Part shown: piece by piece, positions 1-39,100 of the stretch | Numbering within the stretch: the first letter of the stretch is position 1 | Layout: each line of letters opens with the position of its first letter | Assembly: GCA_002633005.1 (NCBI GenBank) | Contig: NMRA01000138.1 | Location: 465,404-529,403, forward strand | Direction: 5' to 3' | DNA: 64,000 bases | DNA from: Phoronis australis | Taxonomy: Eukaryota; Animalia; Phoronida | Notes under the pieces: model-generated | Seen by the model: the letters and a program-made list of their open reading frames with translations, nothing else | What the model was told of the DNA's origin: nothing | Databases searched by the model: none | Program-made: the position numbers and the translations under genes

Positions 1-214
1 AACAATGTATTCAGTATTAACAGAGATAAAATCGCCAAAAATAACTACCAACGCGAAATTTGTCTTTGTGTTAAATCTTGAGTTTGAGATGGTCAATATT
101 GCCCATTTCTAAAATTCAGTGCAAGCTTTGACCTTGAGCAAAACAATTAATTTTTCACTGTCCCAAACTGGAGAATTTTACAGAAGATACGGATAGTTTC
201 ATTTACATCTTCAC

Positions 215-2418
215 CTGCAACTTTGTCCCCAAATGCATTAACCAACTCATCATTTGTTGTTTCAGTGTCTTCTACTGTATCATGTAATATAGCAGACTTT
301 AGGACGTCAGGGTCAGTTACTCCACCCTCAGTTGTAAGGATGTTGGCCACACCTAAAATGGAAAGCCTGATATAAAATCAAATTGTATGTTTTAAAGGTC
401 AACATCTGTGTGTGAAGAGAATTTATATGTAAAGTAATACATTGCCTTTAGACTTGATGGTGAGTTAGTGCTAATTAACCATTTATTCCCATAATAGAAT
501 ACCTCGCATGCAAACCATAGCTGCCAACTTTCCAAAACTGAAAATGGGATAATTGCACTGGCAGATCTAGGATGCAATTTTTTAGAGAAAGTGTTTGCAA
601 AAATCCCACAAACAGCATGCCGTAGTTATTGTTGACCATCTACCCACTTTCATCCAGAAACGCTCTTTGCCCCCAAAGGCAAAGCCCTTTATCCAAAACC
701 AAACAGGCTACTAGGGGATGCTGCAATGGTTGAATTTGCCCAAAAATCAACTTTCCTTCATCAATTGGTCCTCGTATTCTCATCCTCCCAAAACTGAGTA
801 CTGAAAACACCTTTTATCGATACCAAAATGGACATTTAGGGGTGCTGCAGAGGTCAAATCCATCTGAACATTGGGGCCAGCACAATGTTATGTGGCTACA
901 TATAAATCATCACGTATGTCAGCAAGTGGTACATGCTGTTGTGGGACGTGGGATGAAGCTTCAAAAACTGAAACAATCCTACTAAATGTAGACAGGACAG
1001 GTGGCAATTATATTGGTGTTGGCTTTAACACAGGGTTCTGTGTTCTGTAGATGATACAGAAGGAAAAACATTTCAAGGCAGAATAACAGAGCAGAGACAC
1101 CGAGCACCATCTGTTAGAGGAAGCACTTAGTAGGATAAGTCTTGCGGTGCACAACCACCTCAATTATTGCAGCAGAAGCTAGCTCCAATACACCGACACA
1201 AAATTAGCCAAGTCCTAAATCCTATTTTCCTGTTTCACCGAGGAATAAAAACACATTGTATGATTGACCTAATTTTCAGAGATAGACACCTAAATAGCCA
1301 GCCAGATAGTTGCACATGTAAACTGGCATCAAGGCCAAGGTTAGCACCTAAAGCATTACTGAGGCAAGTCGGACAAGAAAACTTAACCTAGCTCAGATTG
1401 TCAATTTTCTTTGTACTGACAGCATTACAGGCATTGATCGGATGTACCAGTCCCTGATTTAGAGAACCAGGCAATTACTGAATAGTAGGCCTGTTACTGA
1501 GTGTTATTCAGTGATTCAAACTAGTTCTCTAAAACAGGAATTGCTGCATTGTGTTGTAGATGTGCTTCCGGTGAATTATATGAGCCTCTGTTAGCTACTC
1601 AATAACGGGCAATTGCCTATTAGCTGAATGGTTAGCACGCTTGCCGGTTTTATGGGGGTCGCGGGTTCGATCCCCAGGTCAGGTAATCTCGGCTATTACT
1701 ACAAATGGCGTAGTCAGCAAACGGATGATCTACCGATGAAGCACTGCCAACTAGTACCCACGGACCTCGGGACAGCGCGCGTGGAAGGTTCCAAGAGTCA
1801 AGGACCTGTATGAGAGACGACCTTGTGTTCACCTGTATTGTGTTGGTAAAGGTACCAAGGGACGTTGATGACCTGTATGCGAGACATCCTGGTGTTCACC
1901 TTCCTGCCGCGTGCCCGTTCCGTAGGAAAGGGGGGAATGTTGTAGATGTGCTTCCGGTGAATTATATGAACCTCTGTTAGCTACTCGCTAACGGGCAATT
2001 GCCTATTAGCTGAATGGTTAGCATGCTTGCCGGTTTTATGGGGATCGGCGGTTCGATCCCCGGGTCGGGTAATCTCGGCTATTACTACAATTGCAACTCA
2101 ATTTTCAAGTCGAAAACTTTATTGGCAATTACAATAATGAATGTTAAAATAATTGTAAAATAAAATACTGAGCAAAGCACAAAAGTGGCCCACCATACAC
2201 AGTCGATTGTGGGTAAGTTCTGCAGAATCAAAGTATTCCTGTGAATACTTCGTGCCATGCCAACCCATGGACGGTGAACTAAGTTAACATTGAGCACACT
2301 GTTGCTCACCGATTGGGTGATTTATATAAGGGGTATTATCAGGATCTTTTCGTCTTTGGTTCTTGTGCTTTATTGCGGCAAAATTTATACACTTCAAAAA
2401 CGAACTTAAATCGGACAT
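215..2418 (-). CDS. HDDC3: HD-domain (p)ppGpp/NADPH phosphatase MESH1, 5' part; exons 2418-2310 and 352-215, continuing left out of the window
   Basis: Spliced translation [37 protein letters not shown]|[32 protein letters not shown]... carries the MESH1 motifs KHxxQRRKD, PYINHP and LHDTVEDT. The GT-AG intron is phase 1 on both sides. Confidence 0.95.
1552..2089 (+). mobile_element. TRIM (miniature non-autonomous LTR retrotransposon) with tRNA-like sequence inside its LTRs, in HDDC3 intron 1
   Basis: Two 152-bp direct repeats TG...CA (1552-1703, 1938-2089). 4-bp TSD ATTG (1548-1551, 2090-2093). PBS TGGCGTAGTCAGCA at 1706-1719 is complementary to a tRNA-Ser 3' end. Polypurine tract at 1924-1937. 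No coding capacity. Confidence 0.92.
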
Positions 2419-2943
2419 TTCGGGTTGTACGTTTTCTTGATCACTTCCCTGAACGCAGCCGGGCCTTTGTTGACAGTCACTTTACAGTTGTCGTGAAGGT
2501 AAACTTATTTTCATCAATATTTCTGGGTTTGAATAAAATATAATTACTTAAAACACGGTTTCACAGCTTCAAACGCCTACATACATAAGAGTTTCTGCCT
2601 AATTGAATGAGAAACGAGTTATTTTTTCATTAAAAAGGTCGCAATTTTCCCGCTTCTCGCGGTAAATCTCGTTATCAGACATGGCGGCTTTCTTGCGGTG
2701 AATATCGCCGCGGTACATTTTCGTTTTTTGTTCTTTATCCCTTAAAATTCTGAAAACAGAAGGCAGTTTAGTTTTTTACATCGACAACCGAAAGTGATAG
2801 AGATAGAATCCGAAATTTTCACATAGGAGTTCAGGGGCAAATTGTTCAGCGGAGTTGAGAGTTCCATTCGTTGACTCTTCGAACCGAGTCCAAAATTGGA
2901 TTCTAAACGATTTACTGAACTGAAGTATCCTACCAAATTCAGC
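2419..2943. promoter_or_regulatory. Bidirectional promoter region between HDDC3 and the PWWP gene
   Basis: Divergent ATGs are 525 bp apart. CpG-rich patch with an E2F-like TTTTCCCGC (~2645), a YY1-like ACATGGCGGC (~2680) and repeated GCGGT(A/G) motifs. Confidence 0.6.
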
Positions 2944-27524
<24,581 letters not shown>

Positions 27525-29925
27525 TTATGGTTGAGACATGTATCGAGCTGGTTGGACTGTCAAAATAGAGATTAAAACTTTCATCAATCATGTGTAAAGG
27601 GGTACTACTTGGCAGTGGAATACAGTTGGCACTCTTTGACTGCAAACTCAAGTTGTCCTCTCATTGGCCAGAGGGAAAAAGGTTCATCGACTACGTTTTA
27701 AGAGAATTTTCTACATCATCTACACTGACTGCGCTGTATCTGTTTATCGAAGTATGAATAATGCAGTGAAAATGAAAAATACTGAACCATCAATGACGCT
27801 AGGGATCACAATGTGCTGGATTTAGTAACACAAATTCAATTGTGGAAATTCAAAATTATTCCACCAGTTTTTACATTTGTCAATTGTGAGTGTTGATTCC
27901 TGCGATGTGCATAAGTAGCTCAATAAATAAAACCTTTTTGCAAAAATAGTGTTTATCAATGAAGCTAATGCTAATACTAAAAATTTAACTAATAAAGTTG
28001 ATGAAGGTAGTTTATTAAAACATTTTATTCAATTGAGGAATGCTGTCATAATTAGACTGAACAAGCAATGATATTTGGTTGCGCTAGATTAACTGGCATG
28101 AACATGCAGGGATAAGAGTAATTAACTAGACAAAGACCAACCAAGCAAACAACAAACATAACGAGACAATCCTAAGACTCTCAATATGTACAACTTGTAA
28201 GAACTAAAACTGGTTGGAGGCACGTCACACTAATTTGAGAAAACAATTAGAATGTGTTTCACCTAACAAAGTACTCTAACATGAAACTTCCTCTTAGAAC
28301 TACCCTAGTCTATGATACAAGCACAAGACAAAGGCAATAGGACAAAAAAAATGCATAATTTACTGGTAATGACTATCTGGCAGCAAAATTCTAATTTATG
28401 AATGGTTTAGTCACCTTAATAACTTCCCTGTTATTGCCCTTCATTCTCAGTGAGAGATGACAGCTCTGGTCATGAATTCAGCCAGTCATGACTAAGAATT
28501 GAGTCATTTTGTTTGAATGCTTTTGGCTTCTTCTGTAGTACAAACCTCTAATGACAAGTATAACTATGTTTTCACAACTGCTCCGATATCTTCCCAGATG
28601 TCAAACTGTTATCAATGCTGAAGAACCAGAGTGATGTCAAACTGCTACCAATGCTAAAGAGTGATGCTTTAGAACTTGCATGTAACCACAGTGGGTAGAT
28701 AGCTTCATTTTCAGTTTTCGAATATAAAAATCTGTTTTAGCAAACTCAAATTTCAAAGCAATAAAAAATAAAATGACCTAGACATTGCCTATGACACAGC
28801 TCCGTTTTACTGATAACTTGCACCACAGAATGTTTATTGCTTCTTAAAACAACAGGCCACCTTCAGGAAGAATGAATAAATACTTGAATGTATTGCCAAT
28901 TACTCATCAATTTGTGGAAAGAATTGTGGAATTCTAAACAGAACTATGGAATCTATTATTGAAATGTGCAAATTCCATTCAAAACTTCCAATTCCATGAA
29001 AGAATATAGATTGAATTCTGTCCATTATCGCCTAAAATCAGGGTCTCCAGGTAGGATCGTAACAATCAAGACTGGACCAGTCGCACGTTGTAATTATGTC
29101 AGACAGCACTCATTGTGTCACTGATCATGACAACATTGTTAAATAAGACCTCTTTTGATATCACACAACAATTAAGTTACCCACAATTTGAAGGTGATGC
29201 CACAACCAAGAGTGTTTGTTGGTCAAAACTGACTATTTTCAATGTTCATCAGGTGGGGATTTAAAACATCCAACCCTTGTACAGCAACCTCGTGTCACTT
29301 ATGATACTTCAAACGCAACAAGCAGTTCAAAACCCGAGTGCACCATTACGTGCATCAGACATCTAAGTGTTACTTCAACAAGAATCACCATACAACAGAG
29401 AGGTCCAGTTTTGCACAAATATCAAGACCACTTGCTTCAGATAACTTGAAAACACATTACCTGAAACATTTTAAGTTAATATCTTCAGCTTCAGAATAAT
29501 ACACAACAGCAAAGCTCTACAGGACAAAGCAAATACTATACAGTGACTCCTTTTGAGAGATTTGAGCATGCGATGCTGATGAGCTTTGATTCTTCACTGT
29601 AATTTACACCATCACATGAACTGTATACAAACTGTACTTGCGATAACCGCCTAGAACCCCAGGCACAAGTTACCGTACATTCTTATGGTCACTGGTCACA
29701 CATAGTACGACAGTAACAACAACACATAACTGCTCGCTTCCAATTCCCACTGAAGAGTACATTGCCATACCAATATCATCATTCCACCCACACACAGAGC
29801 TAATTTAGGTGATTCTTCTATACAAACCTAACCAGGAATTAAATGTACATAGTACTGAGTTGTTAAAGTAACAGAGTGAAACAAAGACAAATATAATATT
29901 CCCCCTCTACATGCATCCACATGCA

Positions 29926-32900
29926 TTACGTCTTTGTTGTGACATTGTGAACTTTTTTCTCAGAGAAGAAGCTGCGAAGTATGATCACCTGGCCTATGCT
30001 GCTCAATAAAATGACAACAGAAACAATAACAGACAGCAGCATGACACGTTCATTGAGGTCTTCAGCAAATGCCCGGCCTGTGGCCTCGCGCAACTTGTGG
30101 TGGGTCTGGTAGTCGAGAATCACCTTCATAGCTTCATGTATGGTCACAGTTGCTGTCTCCATCTGAAATGACCAAAACCCAAATAATTATCCTAAAGTTG
30201 GCAGTCAGGTAGCCAGCAAATTCAACACCGACAATCACTCAGCAACCAGAACAGTAACACAGAGCTATAGCCACCCCTGAAGTACTTCAGGTCATTTAGT
30301 TCACACTCAACTCTCGATCATTGAAATCCAGTAGATCAGTGGTCAACTGTGTTTCAAGATTCAAAGTGTACAGTGTACTGACATCAGTATACATACAGAT
30401 TTCTCAGTGAGAAATTGGAATATAAGTGTGAGAACTTATAACACTTATATACCAAAAACAAAGTTTAACATGGAAGATATTCATGACAGGTCAAAAACAC
30501 TCAGTAAATTGACAATTACATTACAATGTAATGAATGTTCAAAAAAAACCTTCTGCCTGTGCTTCCCCAAATATATTGTTAAACTTCAGAAGTTAAGTCA
30601 AAAGCAGGGAAATGTTTTTTCAGACGAGCGAAAAGAAAATTGTGAGCATGTCCCGGATGCCACCCCTTCCTTGCAGTTATGCTCCGACTTGGGTTTCATT
30701 ATCTTCACACTAGATCCATGGTTCACAGACTGCGAAGCGATTCACGTGACATTTTTATCACTTTTGCGGGGGGTTTTCAACCCCTACTTCAAACATCTAT
30801 GACATGAATGAAGTTGTTCGAGGCACGAGCTCCACGTTCAGCCCTTAACATTCTCCGACTGTCTCATCACCAACAGAATGTACTAGGCACTTAAATAAAG
30901 ATTAGTCAGATTTATAGCGACCCGGCGCCTTTTATAATTCATTGTAAAGTGCATTGTTATAGAAGGTGCATTAGAAATACTGAAGCATAAACACAGAGAA
31001 AACGTGCATATGCGCACAAATTGAATAGTCACTGAGTTTTGAGAAATAATATGTACTTGGTCTCTCAAAACAGTCTGGCTGGATCAGAATTGTGCAAGTT
31101 TTACTGTAAATGTAAAATAGCGAGCCAGGCAACAACATTAACATACCATAGTCATAGCAGTTGGTTGGGCAGCGTCGATACCAGGGAGTCGTTTGTCCTC
31201 TCCAGCCTGGAAATCCAGATACACCACCTTGTGTGTAAATGAGGAGAACTCGTTACTGAAGCAAAATTTGAACACTCCTTTTAATGTGGTTGTCCATGTG
31301 TATGAGTCGTATTGTTTTTTCACGTCTTTGTACAGTACTTCTCCGCTTGGTGACATGAGTTCCATATCTACATCATAATTGCCACCTGTAACTACCTGCA
31401 AGTACAAATTGTTAAAATCATCACATCAGCAAGTAGTTTGAGTATTTTTCAATCTACTAAATTATAATTATAAACAATCAATTATGTATGTAACTATAAG
31501 TCAGACACCTGCTATTGACAATAAATATTCTATAATCTACTCAACAAGTCACGTGTTGGTTTCAGTCAAGTCTGGAATCTACTACAGCTCAGAGGAACAA
31601 GTGAGTCGAGTATGACCAATTCATACATGAACATTTATCATTTTTGGTTGAAAGAACTATAATTCCCAAAATGGTTATTAAAATTTCAAAATGTATTTCT
31701 GATACCAGACTATACATTATCATTTGTATCCCTGATTACAGTAACCATCAACATTGCTGAATGTAGCTAGGCATACATATAGTACCGGTATATGAATTCT
31801 ATATCTTTCAAATAAAAATTAAGCATTCCTTAATGCAGACATATTCTGAGACTCACATAATGTTTTTACGCGCACAGATTTAATCCTTTAAACCACCCAA
31901 TAATATAGAAAATCGACCACTGAAATGAGTGGAACACCATGTAACCAAACTACAATTAGCACAAAGAGGCAATAAAAATGAAGTTGAAAAAAGTCCATTT
32001 TACAATGTTGACATGTGGCAGCAACACCCGCATCAATTCAAACACAAGCTGCAAAGTGTCAACAGTGCTCCTACAAGAAAAAAATTGATATTGTTTTTCA
32101 TTTCCATCACATTCAGAAACCAAGAATATAAGAAATGTTTCCCTTCATTTTTTCAAATTAATAGAAATAAACAACTTAGATGAATTTTCTTTATTTTGAA
32201 TTTTTATACTTTAGAATGTGAAACTAAATACACATACACAGGCATATTTTTTACCAAAACATATGGCAAATGCATCCCCAATAGGGATGGGAGACCCCCC
32301 ACCAGACTTGCAACCCACAACATCTCACATAGATCACGAATCTGTTAATGTGTACATATTGTCACAATGTTGTACTTGGAAGCACAAATTGCCCAGTCTT
32401 AGCCATTTCTGAGATCTGGCAATGTATCATTGGAAATGACGTAACTATAGGTACAGGGATGGTGGATCAACTATAACTAGCATTACTAGTACTCAAGACA
32501 CTGTGGCTGTTAAACAAGGCAAGTAAAGTTTAATTTTAATATTGAAAATTGCCAAAAACAAACATTATTTTCATGTGATCAAATATCTTAAGAAAATACA
32601 ATGAGTAAGTGAGATGGTTAAGGTTAGCCCAGTGCCATATGGGCATATGTCTTGCTATGGCAACTCATAACACTCTTCCCAATTATTAGGTTGTTTCATA
32701 CAAACTTATATTAACAATAACTGCACACAAAGGCAATAGTAAATGAAAGCAACTTAGTAATCTCGTAGATACTTTGTCCCATCTACGTAGTTATGTAGGC
32801 CTAATCCATGACCATGTGTGAGGACTGTGATGACGTATCATTCGTATGGTTGAAGGCTTTGGCCGGCCAAATGGCAATGCGTCGCAAAAATGCGTTGATA

Positions 32901-33102
32901 GTAAGCATCAAGCCATCATACGTTATAACAAGAAAGATGGTTGGTCATTTACCTGAAATTCTATAGTACATTTCACACCTTTGTCGACCTCCTCGTAGAA
33001 ACATTGTTTTTCATTATCAGGGAGTTCAAATGTCAGCTCGCCGGCTAAGGCAAGTGTACATATAGATACACAAATGAGCGATATCAAAGAAAATTCAAAC
33101 AT
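29926..33102 (-). CDS. TMED7: p24-gamma cargo receptor (TMED7/TMED3-like), 211 aa; exons 33102-32953, 31395-31147, 30162-29926
   Basis: Signal peptide, then GOLD domain [16 protein letters not shown]...FQ|[10 protein letters not shown]...[22 protein letters not shown], coiled coil [24 protein letters not shown], a TM helix and an LRSFFSEKK tail. Both introns are phase-0 GT-AG. Confidence 0.93.
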
Positions 33103-36096
33103 CCTGCTAAACTATCGGAAGACTGAGGTACTCTAAACAGTCTGAAACATCGAAGAGGGACAGGACGTAATAAAAGAACCGAAACTTCAGAGGTAGTGTC
33201 AAATCACCGCTGCATTCACTCCATAGTTTTCATGATGGCTGCCTCCACAACGTGGCAGGAACCCGGATGACAAACACTGCACGGCCTCTGGCGGTAGATA
33301 AGGACCTCCGCTATGCAGTACATGGTTGAGTGAATGAAGTAAGAAAGTAAATGGTCTTGTTCATTTTGGAATGGCTCACAAGCAGATAAAGTATTAGCAC
33401 ATGTGCTAGTCTCCGACAGAAACTGAGGTAGAATCATTACAACAGTCTTAAGAGAACTGTATACAAACAGACATACATGAAAAACAAATCGGGGTAACGT
33501 TGCACAACTCAGAGTGCCGGTGGCACCCGGCGGCGGCACCCACAAAGTCATCAAAAATGTTAATGATATGTCTTACAAAACCATTTAGGCCTACATCATT
33601 TATGCTTTGTAAATTATTTGGGAGTAAATTCCACATCATAATATTCATGCAGCTAAGACATTTTTGGGCATAGTGTTTTGGTGCATCCGTAGTTCAAACA
33701 TGTGCTCAGTCACAGCAAAACCTAGACTGGATGGACCAATATGTTTACAAACACAGTGTTGTAAGGTTTTCCTACATAAAATAATGTATTTTGCATTTTG
33801 CTCCGAAATTGCAAATGTAGGAGAGCCACTAAAGACAAGGTAGGGCACGCATAGCGGTTTTACCACATTGGAACGATACGAGACATCAGTAAAATGCCGC
33901 GCGATCGTATGTATGAATTGAAAAATCGTTGAAAATTATTGTTTTACACACGAGGCCCTAGTCTAAGAAGAGCTCTGACCTGATATGAAACAATTTTACA
34001 AATAACTGTCTCAGTACTATCAAAATCATTTTTTTTTTATTATTTTTGCAGTTGATGACAGTGCCCCTGAGAAGAAATGCGTTTCTTGATTAATTGAGGC
34101 TTTAGAAAGGGCTAATGCCCTGGAACTTGTTGGGGTTGGCAAGCATATGGTTTTCTGTGAACCATTGAACGGCGTTTGTGCTGGCACGAATTGGACTCCA
34201 TGTCATGAGGCCCTACACAGCTTAATTACATTTATCAGTTGTTACACTCTGTACTAAAAACAAACGTGAACCGTTGCATGGCGATAGTGGTGATATTGCC
34301 ATGAATATCGTTGTGAAAATAATAATTAGACCAGCTGATTGTGCATGCGCAATGAGCGAGCTGTGTAGTACGGGTAACTCACCACAGAGTGGCCACGAAT
34401 GTAGTATGGGGGAACGGGTCAGACTAAGAAGGGTCACTTTTTGCTGAGATAAAGAATCCCGCATAACATTCATTTTTATGGAACGCATTGAACTTTGCTA
34501 AAAAGAAAACCCCCTAGGTCTACTACAATCTGAGTCGAATAAAGTACCTTGGTTACCAAACCCGGTTTTGGCCTGTTAACAGACCCTGAAGACAACTTTT
34601 CCATCCAGTCCTCTGCAACAAAATGATGCTCTGTAACCTTCGACAACCTTCAAAATTTTGAAGTAAAATTTGGAAACTCCTCAGTTTCAAAGTCTACTGA
34701 ATGGGCAAGCGTGACCTATGCTTTTAGTGAATTACACGGCAACTGTAGGAAAACACCACCCACCAAAGACCGTAATATTCAATTTTCTGGATAAATGTAG
34801 CAAGAGTTTTTAGTTTCCTGTCTTTATCTTTGAAGATTGACGCCAATGACACATTAGCAGGTGACAGAACGGAGATTAACTGAAATCATCAAAACAAGGT
34901 TTAGTATCCTTTTAACCCTTTTCATAACCATTTCAAAAAATTAGAGAAGAAATGGCAGTCGTATATTTTCTCAATATATGAATTTTTAAATGAATGAGAC
35001 TTTTGAATATTTTCATGTAGGCCTAGTCTGGATCATCATGTGGATCCGCAGGCCTTTATGGGAAGGGGTGAATAAAAATTTCACTTTTTAGATAAAATAC
35101 AGTGATGATTTTTGATCATCTGCAAGTTATATAGAGCTCAATTTTCCAATCAAACACTTGAGTTGGGAGAACCCGGTGGACTCCCATTTTGCCTCATTCG
35201 TGGCCATTTCAATGAAATTGATCTAAAAACAGAAATAGTCGATACATCAGTATTTATTCAATGAAATTTTAGACGAGAGGGATTTTTAAATGCTTTTAAC
35301 GGGAGTTAAAACTTCGTCAGCCACGGAGTGCAGAACACCGAGGTTCCTTGTGTGAATGCGTTAACGCAGAGCACAAGGAAACAACAAAATGAATGAAATA
35401 ATTCGTTTAACTAGGCTCTACATACGTGTTGAGTTATCATCTTTGTCGACTTGCATGTGAACCCTACTTTGCAAGTAATACAATAAATAAATAAATCACA
35501 CTGAGAAGAACCTGTCCGTATTATTTGTAAGTCAATTTGCTTAACTCGTACGTCGCCCCAACATTGGTTTTAGTTGAATTTTACCTTGAGATAAAACAAA
35601 AATATAAACTGCATCATGTTTATTGAACTGCGAAGCAGGACGAACCAAGCTTGTTGGTCTTATCAACGACTTTCCATGACGTATTTGATGATCTTTAAAA
35701 GACGGTTTGTTTCATTTATTTCCCTGTGGCGAATTCACCTGACAAATATCCAACAAATTGATAAGTTTTGTTTTACATGAAAATGTACATATTCTTCATT
35801 AAGCAGTAATTTATGGCAGAAAAGCTATCCACCTGACGCCTGTTGTTTACGAGCGCAAAGTATGTGAAAGGGTTATTTATAGTCGCCAATGGTTAATGAG
35901 AGGCGCGGGGGAACAGTTCTGTATTACAGGTACAACAAATCTACTTTTACTTCTCAACCACTGGATCAGTCTGCTTTATATGTCCGGAAGTTGCAAGACA
36001 AGAAAATGTAGTCGTAGTAACGGCGTGTTGTCACAAAAATGTACATCAATCAAATTACATAAAAGTTAAAATTTCATTTTTAATCAGTCATGACCA

Positions 36097-36104
36097 TATA
36101 AAAG
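36097..36104 (+). promoter_or_regulatory. TATA box candidate for the cystine-knot gene
   Basis: TATAAAAG 84 bp upstream of the ATG at 36181. Confidence 0.45.
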
Positions 36105-36180
36105 TACAGTTCAGTACTACAGGCGAATAGTCCGACATAGCGCCAGAATACAAACTGACACACTCAATTAACTGAAAATT

Positions 36181-39100
36181 ATGAAGCTTTTGGTAAGTTC
36201 TGTTTGGTGAGTTTATTATTTTGTTCTAGTTGCAGGAGCGTGGTGTTGGTAGAATTGCATATTTAAATTTGCTATTTCCTTAAAGAAAATGCAAATCCGT
36301 AATGTTTTCAAACAGATAACCCAGTCAAATGTTTCATTTAACATATAGATTCAGCACTGATCTTTAAGTATTTTAATAGTTTATAAAAAGAATGTTTGGG
36401 AATCACTTATTGCAATTTTAAGTTCATTTCTATTTTGCAAGAGTCATTTCAAATTTCATAAATGTCTTAAAAGTTGATAATTTACTACGCAATATCGAAA
36501 TTAACTGGAAATTTATGATAAAAACAAATAACATGTATTGTATTTTCAGATAGGGTTAACGGTTTGCCTGGTTTTGAGTTCACATTCAACTTCAGCTTGT
36601 GATTGTAAAGTGGATAAAGAGGATGACGCAGAAAGTTTCTTTGGTTGTTGCACCGAAGATCAGTCGCCAACCGACGGCGCGGTCAATAACAACGGGTACG
36701 TAAGCAGACGTGGATTCACGGTAAGGGTCAGCGAGGGGGACATTTTCGGCATCAGGGACACGGGATGAAGCCGGGTAAAATTAATGTGAAACAACACAGA
36801 AAATATCCCATTGTGGTAGTGTTTCTAGAAAATCGAAAATGTGCAATGGGTAGAAATTCTAAGTAGTTTTTGAAAAACAATCATCTAGAAAAATGTCCCG
36901 CTTATAGGTATTGTTTTCCATCTAAAAAACGCGTTTGCAATTTTACTAAGTATAAAGTATTTACGCGGGTGTTTTTCATAGGATTTTGTCTTACATTTAT
37001 CTTCTGCGTGACAGGGAGTGAGTATAATATTGTTAATACTGACAATTCATGAACAAAAATGAACGATTCCGTTTTTCTTTTCAAACAGCCCAGACCAAGC
37101 ATCAGAAACAGCAATAAACAACCTGCTGTCCGGCATTACCGAGGCGGCCTCCATGAAACCCAAGGAACCTGCTAAGTTGGCACAGAACCCGAACCAACGC
37201 CAACCGAGCTTTGGTTCATCGTAAGTGTTTCTGGGTATTTGTTTCAATGTTCCTGTGGCACTGTCATTGAGTGAATGGTTCTCCAATGCAGACTTTCACT
37301 CTCAGGTCTTATGTCATAAACCAGTTTCGTTACTGATTGTATCAACATGATCAACGCAGTGATTGCGCAAAACCACCGTTTTGCGTCTTTTGTTTCCTTG
37401 GGATGTTTTCTGCAGTCAAATGTTTTATTTATATTTCAGAACAAAAATTACAGTGAATATTTCTCCGAAACCGGAAATTATCTTTTACCGCTGCTTCAGT
37501 AGGTTCTCTTTCAAGAGAGTCACGTAAAGTAAAATTTCTTTATAATTGTAAAAATCAGATCTTTTCAAATGTGAGATGCTCTTTCGTTTATTCTTGTTTA
37601 CAGAGCACTATGACTATCATGCACATTGTGTGCTGACCTCAAACAACTCGATATCATTTGGTTTACATTCTTGTTTCACTTGCATATTAAGTTTTTAAAA
37701 ATTTGAAAGTTTGTAGTGGTTTGAGTAGTTATCTTTCAAACGAAGTTTCATTACAAGTGTTCATAGTTACAAATGTATGATTGACCATTTTTGATGGTTC
37801 ATAATTGCAAATGTATGATACACCGTTATTAATAGTTCATAGTTACAAATGTATGATCCACCTTTTTTGATGGTTCATAATTACAAATGTATGATCCACC
37901 GTTTTTAATGGTTCATAGTTACAAATGCATGATCCACCCTTTTAGTTGGTTCATATTTACAAATGCATGATCCACTGTTTTAGTAGGTTCATTTTGCTTT
38001 GTAATTTCTGCTTCAATTTCTTCCATGTCATCCAGCGGTGTTAGCTGCAGTCAGAGCTGCAAATGGGTGAAGCCGAACAGAGTGTACGCAAAGTATTTGG
38101 GTTGGCTGAAAGTCCTCCAAATGCGAGGCCGAGAACAGTGGATAAGTGTTTGTAAATGCAAGTGCGTATCAGCTTCAAAGAGAGAATTTTTAATTGATAC
38201 ATTCGTCCTAGTGTCTCAGCTGGAATTAATTAAACTCGCTTATCTATTGTCATTGTTTCATAGTTAAAAAGATTCTGGACGTACTTTGAATTTTATTTTG
38301 GTGCATGTAAATCTGCTTCACATTTGTGGAGTAGAAATATTTAATGATGTCTGTTCCTCACTAGTCGTTCGTTATGGTTCGATTTAAGGCTACCGTGCTA
38401 GGTAAAGAAAGGAGCGTACTTGCTAAATCAAGTCTGCATAGTTCTAATTATTTACTTAAAGTTCAAATGGAACACTTCTTACCTGATATTCCATTAAGGT
38501 CAATGTATTGTCTATCATCAAAAAAGTAAAAAAGCTGTTTTCGGTATAGCTATTCGACGAAGCCAGCAACGACATGAGATATTTATAGTATCATGTCCTT
38601 GTTACGCTCAAAACATTCCGTTTCTTCCAAGGTAAGAACTGGAGTTTAACCTAAATTATTAAATTTATCAGATTTAGACATTTACAGGTAACACAAAGAC
38701 GATAGAGCTAGTGACTAATTAGTCATTAATTAGTGACTAATTAGTGACTAATTTAATTTTTACTTCCAGTGTAGATTTCTTAAAGTAGAAAAACCATCGT
38801 TTTATAACATACCAACAACATGCAATGCAGCTTTTTTACAAATGGGCAACTGGCAAAGATTGGCATTTATAGTGTACTCGAAAATAATAAATACAAATCA
38901 GATTTTTTTACTTCGTTTTTGAAATAAGAAGCACCCGTGTTAATTTTACATGGCGTATGGTGTATTTGTTTTTTTTTTTAAGATAACTACTAGTAAGTTC
39001 GCATGTTGTTGGATTCTCTACAACAAAATATGTGTATGATTTTTATACAGTGAAACTCACCACTTTCAAAAATATCAATCTATCTACAATACTCATTACC

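Noticed and set aside
1614-1684. tRNA gene or stand-alone tRNA-SINE
   Set aside because: A and B boxes are present, but the anticodon arm is truncated and the sequence is an integral part of both LTRs of the TRIM.
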